Source: Candidatus Bathyarchaeota archaeon
GTDB taxonomy: Archaea; Thermoproteota; Bathyarchaeia; Bathyarchaeales; Bathyarchaeaceae
Assembly: GCA_963772765.1 (NCBI GenBank)
Contig: CAVYYP010000006.1
Location: 26,091-90,090 of the forward strand
Direction: 5' to 3'
DNA: 64,000 nt
The translations under genes and the position numbers were made by a program. Shown piece after piece: positions 9,325 through 18,703 of the stretch. The notes under the pieces are model-generated. The model did not search any database, was not told the origin of the DNA, and saw only the letters and a program-made list of their open reading frames with translations. Position 1 is the stretch's first letter, and the number at the start of each line of letters is the position of its first letter.

Positions 9325-10384
9325 ATGGTGCCCATGGTGAGAATTAGCAGGGTAGTTCTCATTTTATTGTTTGTTCAAATGTTTCTTGTTGTGCATTTGC
9401 CTGTAGCATACGCGGTTGAGTTGACGGTACCAGAGAAGACCTTGGCTTTTTTGGAAGAAGTGGCAATGTTAGACATGACAAAATATAATGCAACATTAGA
9501 AATATTTGATGCTCGTTACCCCGACGAGTTAGATGGTTTGGTCCAGCATAATGTGTATTATATTCTTGTTTCCGATGAAAACGAAATGGAAGCAGCTTTT
9601 GGTTTCAAAAACGAATCCTTTGCACACTGTATGTTAGGAACCCTCACTTCCCCAATTTATTCTCAACCCCAACCAATCAACATAGTTGATTTTGCCAAAG
9701 GTTTTCTGCAGAGATACCAAAGTTACATTGGAGACGCAATCTTTGATGGTGTAAAAGATTATGATGAAGCAAGAAGTATACTAGACACGGTTGATGTAAC
9801 AAAAAATGTATCAATCAATTCCGATCGTGTAAAGCTTGAAGTGGTTAGCAGAACAGAGTATACTGCATTGATTTGGGATGTACGTTTTGAACGGTGTGCC
9901 ATTTCCATGGATGACCCTCGAGTTTCGTAATGGATCAGTTTGTGGTTTCGATGACAGCTGGCGCCTCTATACGGCTGGTAGCACAGACATAAAAATTTCT
10001 AGGGAAGAAGCTGTATACATTGCATTGGAATATTTAGAAGACTTCTCTTGGACTGTGGGAGATCAAGAGATAACAGATTTTGAGATACTAGAAGAACCAC
10101 GAAATATAGAATTGTTTGCAACTAGAAGCAGAGAACCTCTAACAGTATATCCCTATTGGCGTATTGAATTATATCTCGACACAGTTTACCCCGGAAACGT
10201 TAACCGTATATCCTTGGCAATCTGGGCCGACACAGGAGAAATAATTTCTTGCATTCCCCTAGGAGGAGGCGGAGTACCTCCAATCCCAGAATTTCCGTCA
10301 TGGACACCTCTGTTGATTACACTTGTTGTTGCTTTATTTTCTGTCATTTACAAAAAAATGAGTTGGAAAGAGCTGATGAAATGA
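9325..10384 (+). pseudogene. secreted PEF-CTERM protein (PepSY-like region), split by one frameshift
   Basis: ORF 9325..9930 carries only the signal peptide (MVPMVRISRVVLILLFVQMFLVVHLPVAYA). ORF 9878..10384, in another frame, carries only the C-terminal IPEFPSWTPLLITLVVALFSVIYKK sorting signal. The two overlap at 9878-9930. Confidence 0.65.
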
Positions 10385-11431
10385 ATAGAATCAAATCAAC
10401 AGTCGTTGTATTACTGATTCTTTCCCTTGCTTTGGTTACTTTTCCTCAAGTTAATTTAGTTAAAACTGAACCGAACACGATTGTTGTTCCAGATGATTAT
10501 GCTACTATTCAAGAAGCTATCAACAGTGCAACTGGGGGTGACACAGTTTATGTTAGGAAAGGTGTTTATCATGAAAACTTGGGAATAAACAAACCGATAT
10601 TTTTGATAGGAGAAGAAAGTTCAACAACAATCGATGGAAACACCTCACAAAGCTATAGGGTGCCAATAAACATCAACACCTCAAATGTTACTGTTTCTGG
10701 TTTTACTCTTAGTTATGGCTATGCAGGAATCCAATTTCATGGTGTAGGAAATTGTACTGTAGCGGAAACAGAATAACAAATGGTCAGTTTGGAATAGAGG
10801 GGAAACATGGAATAACATAACTGATAATATTTTTGAGAACATAGGAGTTGGAGGTGCTATACGATTTGACGGTTCAACTCACAATTTTGTTCATAAAAAT
10901 TATTTCAGTTCCTGTAATGAGGGTGTCCAAATTATGTGGGGTAGCAACTACAATACAGTTACCGAAAATACTATCGTAAACTGTAAGAATCAGGGTGTTA
11001 GGCTGCAAGAATCTGACTGGAATATAGTGACAGAAAATACAATAAAGAACAATGGAATTGGAATTAGCATTTACAGAGCTAATACCAATTTTATAGAAAA
11101 AAATAATTTCATTGATAATAACCAAGAAGTTGTAGCAAGTGAGTCATATGCACTTGCATGGGGATATGGTTATTCTTTAAACAGTTGGAAAGAAAACTAT
11201 TGGAGTAATTATACCGGTTCAGATAACGATGGAGATGGAATAGGAGACACCCCTTACGAAATTAATGAGGTTAATCGAGACAATTATCCACAAATAGAAC
11301 CAATTGACATGCTTGTACTAATCCCAGAGTTTCCATCATGGACACCTTTACTGATTATGATTGCCGTGGTAGCTCTTACTGTAATTTACAGGCGAAAGCT
11401 AACTCCAAAGAATCAGGGGATAAGAGACTAG
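10381..11431 (+). pseudogene. right-handed beta-helix (NosD-like) PEF-CTERM surface protein with two frame breaks
   Basis: ATG 10381 overlaps the previous stop (ATGA). MNRIKSTVVVLLILSLALVTFPQVNLVKTEPNTIVVPDDYATIQEAI runs in frame 1 to 10776. Homology continues in frame 3 (NRITNGQFGIEG), then frame 2 (WNNITDNIF...NYWSNYTGSDNDGDGIGDTPY...IPEFPSWTPLLIMIAVVALTVIYRRK). Confidence 0.7.
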
Positions 11432-13377
11432 TGAAATCGTCGTCTATAGTTGTTCTGTTACTTCTTTCTTCTATTGTTTTTGTTTCTCTTCAACAAATTA
11501 AAGCAGAGTCTAAAACGATTGTCGTTCCCGATGATCATGTCACTATTCAAGAGGCTATTGACAATGCATCTGAAGGTGACACAATTTTCGTGAAAAAAGG
11601 AAACTATGATGGACCTATAGGTGAAACCTTACTAATTGATAAGACAATCTCGCTAATAGGTGAAGGTTCTTCGGTAATTGGCGAAGACACTACAACATTA
11701 AATTTACATCCACTTTTACTCAATACAACCATCTTTGGTCAACCTTATCCAAAATATAACACATCACTTATTATAAAATCCAATAACGTTACAATCTCAG
11801 GTTTCACAATTAAAATTCCGCCTTCTCCATCTGGGGGAGGTGGAGGAGCCTCTGTAATCGGTAATGGAACTCAAATCGTCGATTGTATTATCAACATACC
11901 AGACATATCCTTGCAAGGTTCTTGCTCAAAAATCACAACAACACAGTTGTTTATTAGTAATCTAGCAATTAGAGGATCAAATCAGAGTATTACTAAAAAT
12001 ATACTTTTTAACGGAGATTTGGAAATAACCAGTTCCTTTAACAATATAATCGAAAATGACATTGGCAAAGAAATACGTTTGAATGGATCATATAACAAAA
12101 TTGTTGGCAACTCATTTTATAGAATTTTCTTGGAGCATTCAGATTTAAACACAATTTCTTACAATAATTTTAGCTGTATTTGGTTGGGTATTTATGGTCA
12201 TACTTGCTCAAATAACACAGTATTTGGAAACATCTTGGATGGAGGCTACATTTGGGGCGTTTTAATGGGTGACGGAGCCCATAACGTCTTTTATGACAAT
12301 ATTATCAAGAATTTTGGTGGAAGCCATGATGGGTATGGTGTGGCAATTGGCGGAAACCATTTAGTGGCTGAAAATAACACTTTTTTTCATAACATCTTTT
12401 TGGACAACAACAAGAATGTCGGATATAATTGGGACCAACTTGGAACAGGCAATTTCTGGGATAATGGAATTGAAGGTAATTATTGGGATGATTATACGGG
12501 TACAGATGCAAATGGAGATGGAATTGGGGACGCTCCTTACATTATTGATGACAAAAATCAAGATAATTTTCCATTAATGAAACCACCCATAATTCCGGAG
12601 TTTTATTCATGGTTACCTGAAGATCAAAATTATCAAGAAATTACCGTCAGGACTGATGGAAGTATTGAACCGGATACAAATTTGCTTGAAAGAAATGGGA
12701 ACACTTACACCTTTAAGGGAGACATTTTTGGCACTATTATGGTTCAAAAAGGTGGTATCACAATTGACGGCGCAGGATATACTCTTCAAGGAAAGAAAGA
12801 AGTTGGTAACGTTGATGAAAGGGGCGTATATTTGGTTGGACCTGACAGGTCTAGTCCGTTGTGTAGAAATGTTGTTGTAAAGAATTTGAGAATTGTTAAT
12901 TTTTGGGAAGGCATATTCTGTATTGGTTCAAGCAACAACAGCATAATAGGTAATTACTTTGAAAATGCAGGTATCCATCTTTTAGGTAGTCCAAACTATG
13001 GCCCAGACTTAATTAAGGGCAATATTTTCGACGGTTCTGTTATTTTTGTTGATTATAATACAGGAGGGACAGATGTTATTACTGAAAACAATTTTTTTGA
13101 TGGTTATGTAATTGTTGGTTTGTCTGTTGTCCCTATTGTGGAAAGAAATTATTGGAGTGATTACAACGGAACAGATAGTGATGGAGACGGCATAGGAGAT
13201 ACTCCATACGTTTCTTCATATGTTTTAGATGAACCAGTTCAAGATAATTATCCAATGATGTCTCCATTGTACATAGAAGTAATCTCAGAATTTCCCTCTT
13301 GGTTTCTATTTCCACTGTTCATCATATCAACGTTAGTTATGATTATTGTTAGGAATATGATTAGAAAGAAGGATTAA
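11431..13377 (+). CDS. double-module beta-helix PEF-CTERM surface protein
   Basis: In-frame GTG 11431 overlaps the previous TAG. Signal peptide, AESKTIVVPDDHVTIQEAIDNASEGDTIFV cap, two NYW(D/S)DYxGTDxxGDGIGDxPY modules, and a terminal ISEFPSWFLFPLFIISTLVMIIVRNMIRKKD. Confidence 0.8.
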   Translation: MKSSSIVVLLLLSSIVFVSLQQIKAESKTIVVPDDHVTIQEAIDNASEGDTIFVKKGNYDGPIGETLLIDKTISLIGEGSSVIGEDTTTLNLHPLLLNTTIFGQPYPKYNTSLIIKSNNVTISGFTIKIPPSPSGGGGGASVIGNGTQIVDCIINIPDISLQGSCSKITTTQLFISNLAIRGSNQSITKNILFNGDLEITSSFNNIIENDIGKEIRLNGSYNKIVGNSFYRIFLEHSDLNTISYNNFSCIWLGIYGHTCSNNTVFGNILDGGYIWGVLMGDGAHNVFYDNIIKNFGGSHDGYGVAIGGNHLVAENNTFFHNIFLDNNKNVGYNWDQLGTGNFWDNGIEGNYWDDYTGTDANGDGIGDAPYIIDDKNQDNFPLMKPPIIPEFYSWLPEDQNYQEITVRTDGSIEPDTNLLERNGNTYTFKGDIFGTIMVQKGGITIDGAGYTLQGKKEVGNVDERGVYLVGPDRSSPLCRNVVVKNLRIVNFWEGIFCIGSSNNSIIGNYFENAGIHLLGSPNYGPDLIKGNIFDGSVIFVDYNTGGTDVITENNFFDGYVIVGLSVVPIVERNYWSDYNGTDSDGDGIGDTPYVSSYVLDEPVQDNYPMMSPLYIEVISEFPSWFLFPLFIISTLVMIIVRNMIRKKD

Positions 13378-13378
13378 C

Positions 13379-14440
13379 ATGAGAAACCTATCAAATATAA
13401 TTGTGTTTCTTTGTTTGCTTCTTTTAATTCCTCCTTTATCTGTTGTTTACGCAATTCAAGATTCTTGGGAAACTTTAGCGCCATCACCAATAACTCATTT
13501 CATAGGTTCTGCTGAGATAGATGAAAAAATATACCTTGTTGGAAGTAATGTAAATTCGAAATATGATCCTGAAACAAACACTTGGACGCCATTGACTCCT
13601 CCACCAATTTCCAACTCTTGGAGTGATGTTGTTGTTTGTCAAAACAAAATCTATCTAATAGGTGGAAATGCGTCAAAACCAACCCAAGTTTATGATCCTA
13701 TTTCTGATACTTGGGAGAATAGAACTTCAATACCTACAACAAGAAGCGCACTGGAAGCTAATGTTGTAGATAACAAAATCTATGTAATAGGTGGACAAAT
13801 GCTTGCAGGTTTATACATTATTAATCCTTCGAGTGCAAATGATGTTTATGATCCAGCAACCGATTCATGGTCCAAAATGGCATCAATTCCTGTACCAGTT
13901 ATGGGGTATGCTTCTACAGTTTTAGATGGCAAAATTTACATAATCTCAGGAGGTAACACAGGAGGACCAGACTACGAACCTACAAATCTGGTTCAAATTT
14001 TTGATCCAAAAACAAACCAATGGACAAACGGTACAAATATTCCTACTGGTGTTGTCTCTGCTAAAGCATGTTCAACAACTGGATTATTTGCACTAAAACG
14101 GATCTATGTGTTGGGTGGGACAGTAACTTCTTATGCTCGTTGGGCTGCCTACAATGTCATTAACTTAATTCAAATATATGATCCAGAATCTGATATTTGG
14201 ACCAACGGTTTGGCTATGCCAAGTTCACGTTTCTTCTATGGGGCTATCTGTCTAAACGATGAAATCTATGTAATTGGAGGTATAAATGGAGAAAATTATT
14301 TGGATGTAAACGAAAAATATACACCACTTGATTACATCCCAGAGTTTCCTTCATTAACACTTTTGGTTGCTGGTTTCTTTGTTATCTCTGTAATATCGAT
14401 ATTTTATAGGCGCCATTTTAACCCGAGGAGGAGAAAATGA
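13379..14440 (+). CDS. Kelch-repeat beta-propeller protein with PEF-CTERM-like anchor
   Basis: Signal peptide; six blades marked by KIYLVGS/KIYLIGG/KIYVIGG/KIYIISG/RIYVLGG/EIYVIGG; C-terminal IPEFPSLTLLVAGFFVISVISIFYRRHFNPRRRK. Confidence 0.8.
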   Translation: MRNLSNIIVFLCLLLLIPPLSVVYAIQDSWETLAPSPITHFIGSAEIDEKIYLVGSNVNSKYDPETNTWTPLTPPPISNSWSDVVVCQNKIYLIGGNASKPTQVYDPISDTWENRTSIPTTRSALEANVVDNKIYVIGGQMLAGLYIINPSSANDVYDPATDSWSKMASIPVPVMGYASTVLDGKIYIISGGNTGGPDYEPTNLVQIFDPKTNQWTNGTNIPTGVVSAKACSTTGLFALKRIYVLGGTVTSYARWAAYNVINLIQIYDPESDIWTNGLAMPSSRFFYGAICLNDEIYVIGGINGENYLDVNEKYTPLDYIPEFPSLTLLVAGFFVISVISIFYRRHFNPRRRK

Positions 14441-16269
14441 AGAAACTCAAATTAACAGTCGTTGTATTATTGGTTTTTTCTCTTGTTTTAGTTACTTTTC
14501 CCCAAGTTAATTTAGTTAAAGCTGAACCGAACACGATTGTTGTTCCCGACGATTATGGTTCTATCCAAGAAGCTATTGACAATGCATCTGAAGGAGATAC
14601 AGTATATGTGGAAAGTGGAGTGTATATCGAAAATCTTGTTATTAACAAACTTATTTCACTAGTAGGCAAAAACAAAGATACAACAATAATTTACTGCAAT
14701 GACAACATTCATCCCACAATTCTGGTAAGCAAAAACGGAGTGAACATTACAGGTTTCACCATACAAAACAATGTTCCATCTCCTTCAAATACTCGTGGCG
14801 GACTTGCAGCCGTGCATTTGCTTCATGTGAGCTATTGCAACATATACCAAAACATTATGGTTACCAGTGGATATGGCGTCTGGCTCTATAACTCTCATTA
14901 CAACAACATATTTGACAATACCATAAAAAATACAAATTACGGAATTTTTGTCGAATCCTCCTTAAACAACACCATAACGCGAAATACAGCTTCAAAGGGT
15001 TGGAATGGAATCTGGCTACAGACATCCTCAAACAACATATTTAGAAACAACAATATGACAGATAATTATTGCAACTTTGCAGTCTCAGGTACTGAACTGT
15101 TGCACTATTATAATGATGTAGATAAGTCAAACCTAGTTAATGGAAAAAGAATTCATTATCTTACTGACCAAGAGAATATAGAAATAAGTTCTTCATTTTT
15201 TCCAGATTTAGGGCTCCTAGTTCTCGTAAATTGCAGAGAAATAACAGTCAAAAACTTGAACATCGTAGACAACTTTTTTGGAATTCTTCTCTTCAATACC
15301 TTAAACTCTACAATAACAAATAACTACATAGGAAACAACAAAAAGGGAATATGGCTCAAATCCTCCAACAGCATAACGATTTGCGATAACAATTTAGATT
15401 CAAACAGCGATGACGGAATTCGACTTGAAAATTCGAAGAACATACTCGTTAGAAACAACACGGTACAGAACACAGGATTTAATGGCATATACCTTGGAGG
15501 AGGGTCAGATAACAACTACATAATTGAAAACATAATGACCAAAAATGGTAACAAAGCCATCAATCTTGAGTCTTCCTCCAATAACAACATAATAAATAAC
15601 GAAGTGACCAACAGTTATTTCGCTGTCAGACTCTATACATCCACCTACAACAAGATAGAAACAAACAGAATAAATTCACCCAAATCTGAAAATGTAAACT
15701 TAATGCATTGTTATCAAGGTGTTGTTATTGACCATCATTCTGACAACAATATCATTGTTAGAAATGTAATTTCAAATAATTTGGAATACGGTATTAAAAT
15801 TCAGTCTTCATCTCAAATCATTATAAGTGAAAACATCATTTCAGCCAATAAGAAGGGTATCGACCTTAGTTCTTCTTCAAGTAACACTATCACAGCAAAT
15901 AACATTAGCGAGTCAAGTGAATTTGCCCTCGGCTTATTAAGTTCTAATGATACCGTTTTTCACAGCAACAATTTCATCAACAATGTGAAACAAATTTACC
16001 ATTATAGCACACGTACCACCTCAGTGAACCTTTGGGATAACGGTACAACAGGTAACTATTGGAGTGATTACGTTGGACAGGACGTCAATAACGATGGCAT
16101 AGGAGATTCGCCATATGTCATTAACGAATATAACCAAGACAACTATCCACTAATTCAACCCGTAATAGTTCCAGAATTTCCTTCATGGACAATTCTGCCT
16201 TTGATTTTAACCATTACACTATTTTCAATAATTTTCAAAAGAAAGCTACACAAAGCTAAGGTCTCTTGA
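14437..16269 (+). CDS. beta-helix repeat PEF-CTERM surface protein
   Basis: ATGA overlap with the Kelch gene and a GGAGGAG SD. The N-terminus is nearly identical to gene 10381. Many NxIxxN beta-helix rungs, NYWSDYVGQDVNNDGIGDSPY, and VPEFPSWTILPLILTITLFSIIFKRKLHKAKVS. Confidence 0.85.
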   Translation: MKKLKLTVVVLLVFSLVLVTFPQVNLVKAEPNTIVVPDDYGSIQEAIDNASEGDTVYVESGVYIENLVINKLISLVGKNKDTTIIYCNDNIHPTILVSKNGVNITGFTIQNNVPSPSNTRGGLAAVHLLHVSYCNIYQNIMVTSGYGVWLYNSHYNNIFDNTIKNTNYGIFVESSLNNTITRNTASKGWNGIWLQTSSNNIFRNNNMTDNYCNFAVSGTELLHYYNDVDKSNLVNGKRIHYLTDQENIEISSSFFPDLGLLVLVNCREITVKNLNIVDNFFGILLFNTLNSTITNNYIGNNKKGIWLKSSNSITICDNNLDSNSDDGIRLENSKNILVRNNTVQNTGFNGIYLGGGSDNNYIIENIMTKNGNKAINLESSSNNNIINNEVTNSYFAVRLYTSTYNKIETNRINSPKSENVNLMHCYQGVVIDHHSDNNIIVRNVISNNLEYGIKIQSSSQIIISENIISANKKGIDLSSSSSNTITANNISESSEFALGLLSSNDTVFHSNNFINNVKQIYHYSTRTTSVNLWDNGTTGNYWSDYVGQDVNNDGIGDSPYVINEYNQDNYPLIQPVIVPEFPSWTILPLILTITLFSIIFKRKLHKAKVS

Positions 16270-16295
16270 TGAAGCGCCCTGTTTTTAGGTCTCTG

Positions 16296-17015
16296 TATCG
16301 AATTTGTATTGTCTATGTAAATGCTGATGCCAACTCCATTATTCCTTACCGTATTTTCTGACACAGAGTTCCAATCAGATTCTTGTAATCTTATTTCAAC
16401 ATCATTACAATCCAAAATCGTGTTCTCAGTAATTGTATTGTAGTGGCTCCCCCACATGACTTGGACACCTTCAGGTACAGAAATTGATAAAATTTCTTTG
16501 AACAATATTATGGCTTGAACCATCAAACCTAATTGCACATCCAAGTCCAATTTTCTCAAAAATATTATCTGTTATTTTATTCCAATTACCACCTCGAATT
16601 CCAAATTGACCATTGGTTATCATGTTTTCCGAAATTGTGCAATTCTCTTCTCTTTGAAATTGGATTCCAGCATAACCATAGCTTAAGGTGAAACCTGAAA
16701 CTGTAACATTAGAGCAAAAGATGTTTATTGGCACCCTATAGCTCTGAGAAGTATTACCATCAATAATTGTTGAATACATATTTTCACCAATTAAACGAAT
16801 TGGAATACGAATGCCCAAATTTTCATGGTAAACACCATTCTTCACATAAATTGTGTCACCAGAATTGGCATTTTGAATTGCTTCTTAAATAGTGGAATAA
16901 TCGTCTGGAACAACAATTGTCCTCGGTTCTGCATTTACTACACCAATCTGTGGAAAAGTAACCATAACAAGAGAAAGAACCAGTAATGCAACGAATGTTG
17001 ATTTGATTCCTACAT
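16296..17015 (-). pseudogene. inverted, 3'-truncated remnant of a beta-helix PEF-family paralogue
   Basis: Minus-strand translation parallels gene 10381 (…TFPQIGVVNAEPRTIVVPDDYSTI*EAIQNANSGDTIYVKNGVYHENLG…ITNGQFGIRGGNWNKITDNIF…EGVQVMWGSHYNTITEN). The start is disrupted (ATGTAGGAATC versus ATGAATAGAATC). TAA at 16887-16885 replaces the conserved Gln. There is one frameshift near 16480. No DGDGIGD or PEF tail remains. Confidence 0.75.
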
Positions 17016-17044
17016 TTTACATGAATAAACTAGTCTGCAGGTAT

Positions 17045-17108
17045 GAAAAGGGGTTTTTGTTAAGAAACATTGACCAAAATCAAATCCTTTTGGTCAACAT
17101 AATTTGAC
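17045..17108 (-). promoter_or_regulatory. conserved ~65-nt upstream module, copy A
   Basis: Gene-sense: GTCAAATTATGTTGACCAAAAGGATTTGATTTTGGTCAATGTTTCTTAACAAAAACCCCTTTTC. Contains an exact 10-bp inverted repeat, TTGACCAAAA (17070-17079) / TTTTGGTCAA (17088-17097). Lies 29 nt upstream of the remnant's ancestral ATG. Confidence 0.6.
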
Positions 17109-17127
17109 TTGTGCTTAAGTAGGGTAA

Positions 17128-17580
17128 CTATGCTATAACTCCTTCTGTTCCTCTTATCTCAAAGTGTTTATCCAGAGCGATGTGAGTGATGTGGTTGAAT
17201 GTGAAATAAATCGATGTGTCAGTGCTATTGCTTGTCTGTATATAGTTGGCTTTGTCCATTATGTAGTATTTGTCGATTACTGTGAGTTCTCCCCAAATTA
17301 GGTCATTTGGAATTGTTATGTTACAAAAAGTATCTTCAGGGGGTCCTCTAAAATCAAATTCAACAATGTTAGCTGGGACTTGAGGTAGATTAACAGTTGG
17401 CGCAGAGGAGTAATTACTTCCAATAGTTACGATATATGTTTTCTCTCCAACTGAAAGAGGATATGTGTATAACGTACCTTCTACCACTCCATTCTCTAAA
17501 GGATTAAGAGCTACACCCAAAATTACAATCAATGAACTAAACAGGAGAATCGCAATAAGGACAATCGGAAACTTGCTCAC
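17128..17580 (-). CDS. secreted or membrane-anchored hypothetical protein
   Basis: GTG start after GGTGAT; N-terminal anchor MSKFPIVLIAILLFSSLIVILGVAL; no recognisable domain. Confidence 0.55.
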   Translation of the reverse strand: MSKFPIVLIAILLFSSLIVILGVALNPLENGVVEGTLYTYPLSVGEKTYIVTIGSNYSSAPTVNLPQVPANIVEFDFRGPPEDTFCNITIPNDLIWGELTVIDKYYIMDKANYIQTSNSTDTSIYFTFNHITHIALDKHFEIRGTEGVIA

Positions 17581-17612
17581 CTAATCACCAACATAAAACG
17601 CGTTTATACCCA

Positions 17613-17676
17613 GAAAAGGATTTTTGTCAAAAAACATTGACCAAATAACAGGTTTTGTTTGTCAATAATCTTTGAC
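17613..17676 (-). promoter_or_regulatory. conserved ~65-nt upstream module, copy B
   Basis: Gene-sense: GTCAAAGATTATTGACAAACAAAACCTGTTATTTGGTCAATGTTTTTTGACAAAAATCCTTTTC, ending 32 nt before GTG 17580. Confidence 0.6.
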
Positions 17677-18036
17677 CTGTTGTTGATGCAGTAAATGCAA
17701 AAGCGAGAGAGATTACATATACTAAAACTGATTTTAAAATGAAGAGCATTTTTAACCGAATGGCTAAAGCAGGTATGATTGAAAAAGTTCCAGGTACTAG
17801 AACAGCATCAACAGCAAGGCGTAAGAAAAAAAGTAATGTATAACTTTCTGATGAACTAAGAAAAACGGTACAGCAACCTTTATTCAAGAATAAAAATACC
17901 GAACTTCATGACAAATAACTTAACAGTATCGCTCAAATCCACACCAACTACAAACCCAAAGATCATTAGACTTTCTATACATCATTTTACATCTCCAAAT
18001 TATTTTCAAATGACTCAAAAAAAAGGGTGTTAAGAG

Positions 18037-18243
18037 TTAGGGTTTAGAAGAGTTAAAAATGGTGGTCTCCTCGTTTTGAATTTTTATGCTTAGGGGACGG
18101 ATTCCAAGTTTCCTTCCACAGCTTGGACATTTGCCGTCAGTCTTATTCCTAAGACGATACAAGGGAATCATATCCCTTCCTTCAAACAGGAGCTTTCCGC
18201 ATCCATGACAGAAAACACTAAAACCCAAACTCAACACCAACAA
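18037..18243 (-). CDS. small zinc-ribbon protein (hypothetical)
   Basis: CHGCGK...CPSCGRK pairs in a 68-aa ORF. Confidence 0.4.
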   Translation of the reverse strand: MLVLSLGFSVFCHGCGKLLFEGRDMIPLYRLRNKTDGKCPSCGRKLGIRPLSIKIQNEETTIFNSSKP

Positions 18244-18703
18244 AACAGATGGCAGAGTCTGAATTTACCGCTTTTCTCGATTAGAATATAAGAGAAGTGG
18301 AGAGACAACTGAAAATAATTGGCTAGCCTTAGACCTACAAAAACAGTTTCATCTTAGAAACAACGAACATAGCTTGGCTATCACCCAACCTGATGTCCAG
18401 AGTTTTATTCATGGATTTTTCTGCCAATATTCTCTTTTGCCACGTTATCTTCAATGTTAATTAGAAAAAAGATGTTTCATCAACGGACATAAGAACATTC
18501 AAAGTATATTTAACTAACCAACTATTCTTACTATGCCATCAAAAGCGAAATACAAACTGAAAAAGAAAGCTCCATTCTGTTTGTTCAATAGAAAGTGAAT
18601 TCATGTTTGTTTTTGAATTGGCTTTCCAACTTCATCCAAAATGAAATCGTAAAATATCAGTTATGATTACATTCAATTATAACCTTAATGCTGGGATGAA
18701 GAA

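Noticed and set aside
17627-17887. Track ORF 17627-17887(-), and a short plus-strand frame (…ITYTKTDFKMKSIFNRMAKAGMIEKVPGTRTASTARRKKKSNV*) that looks faintly like a winged-helix fragment.
   Set aside because: The minus ORF overlaps the conserved upstream module and has no coding character. The plus frame has no credible start codon upstream of an internal ATG, which would give only 34 aa.
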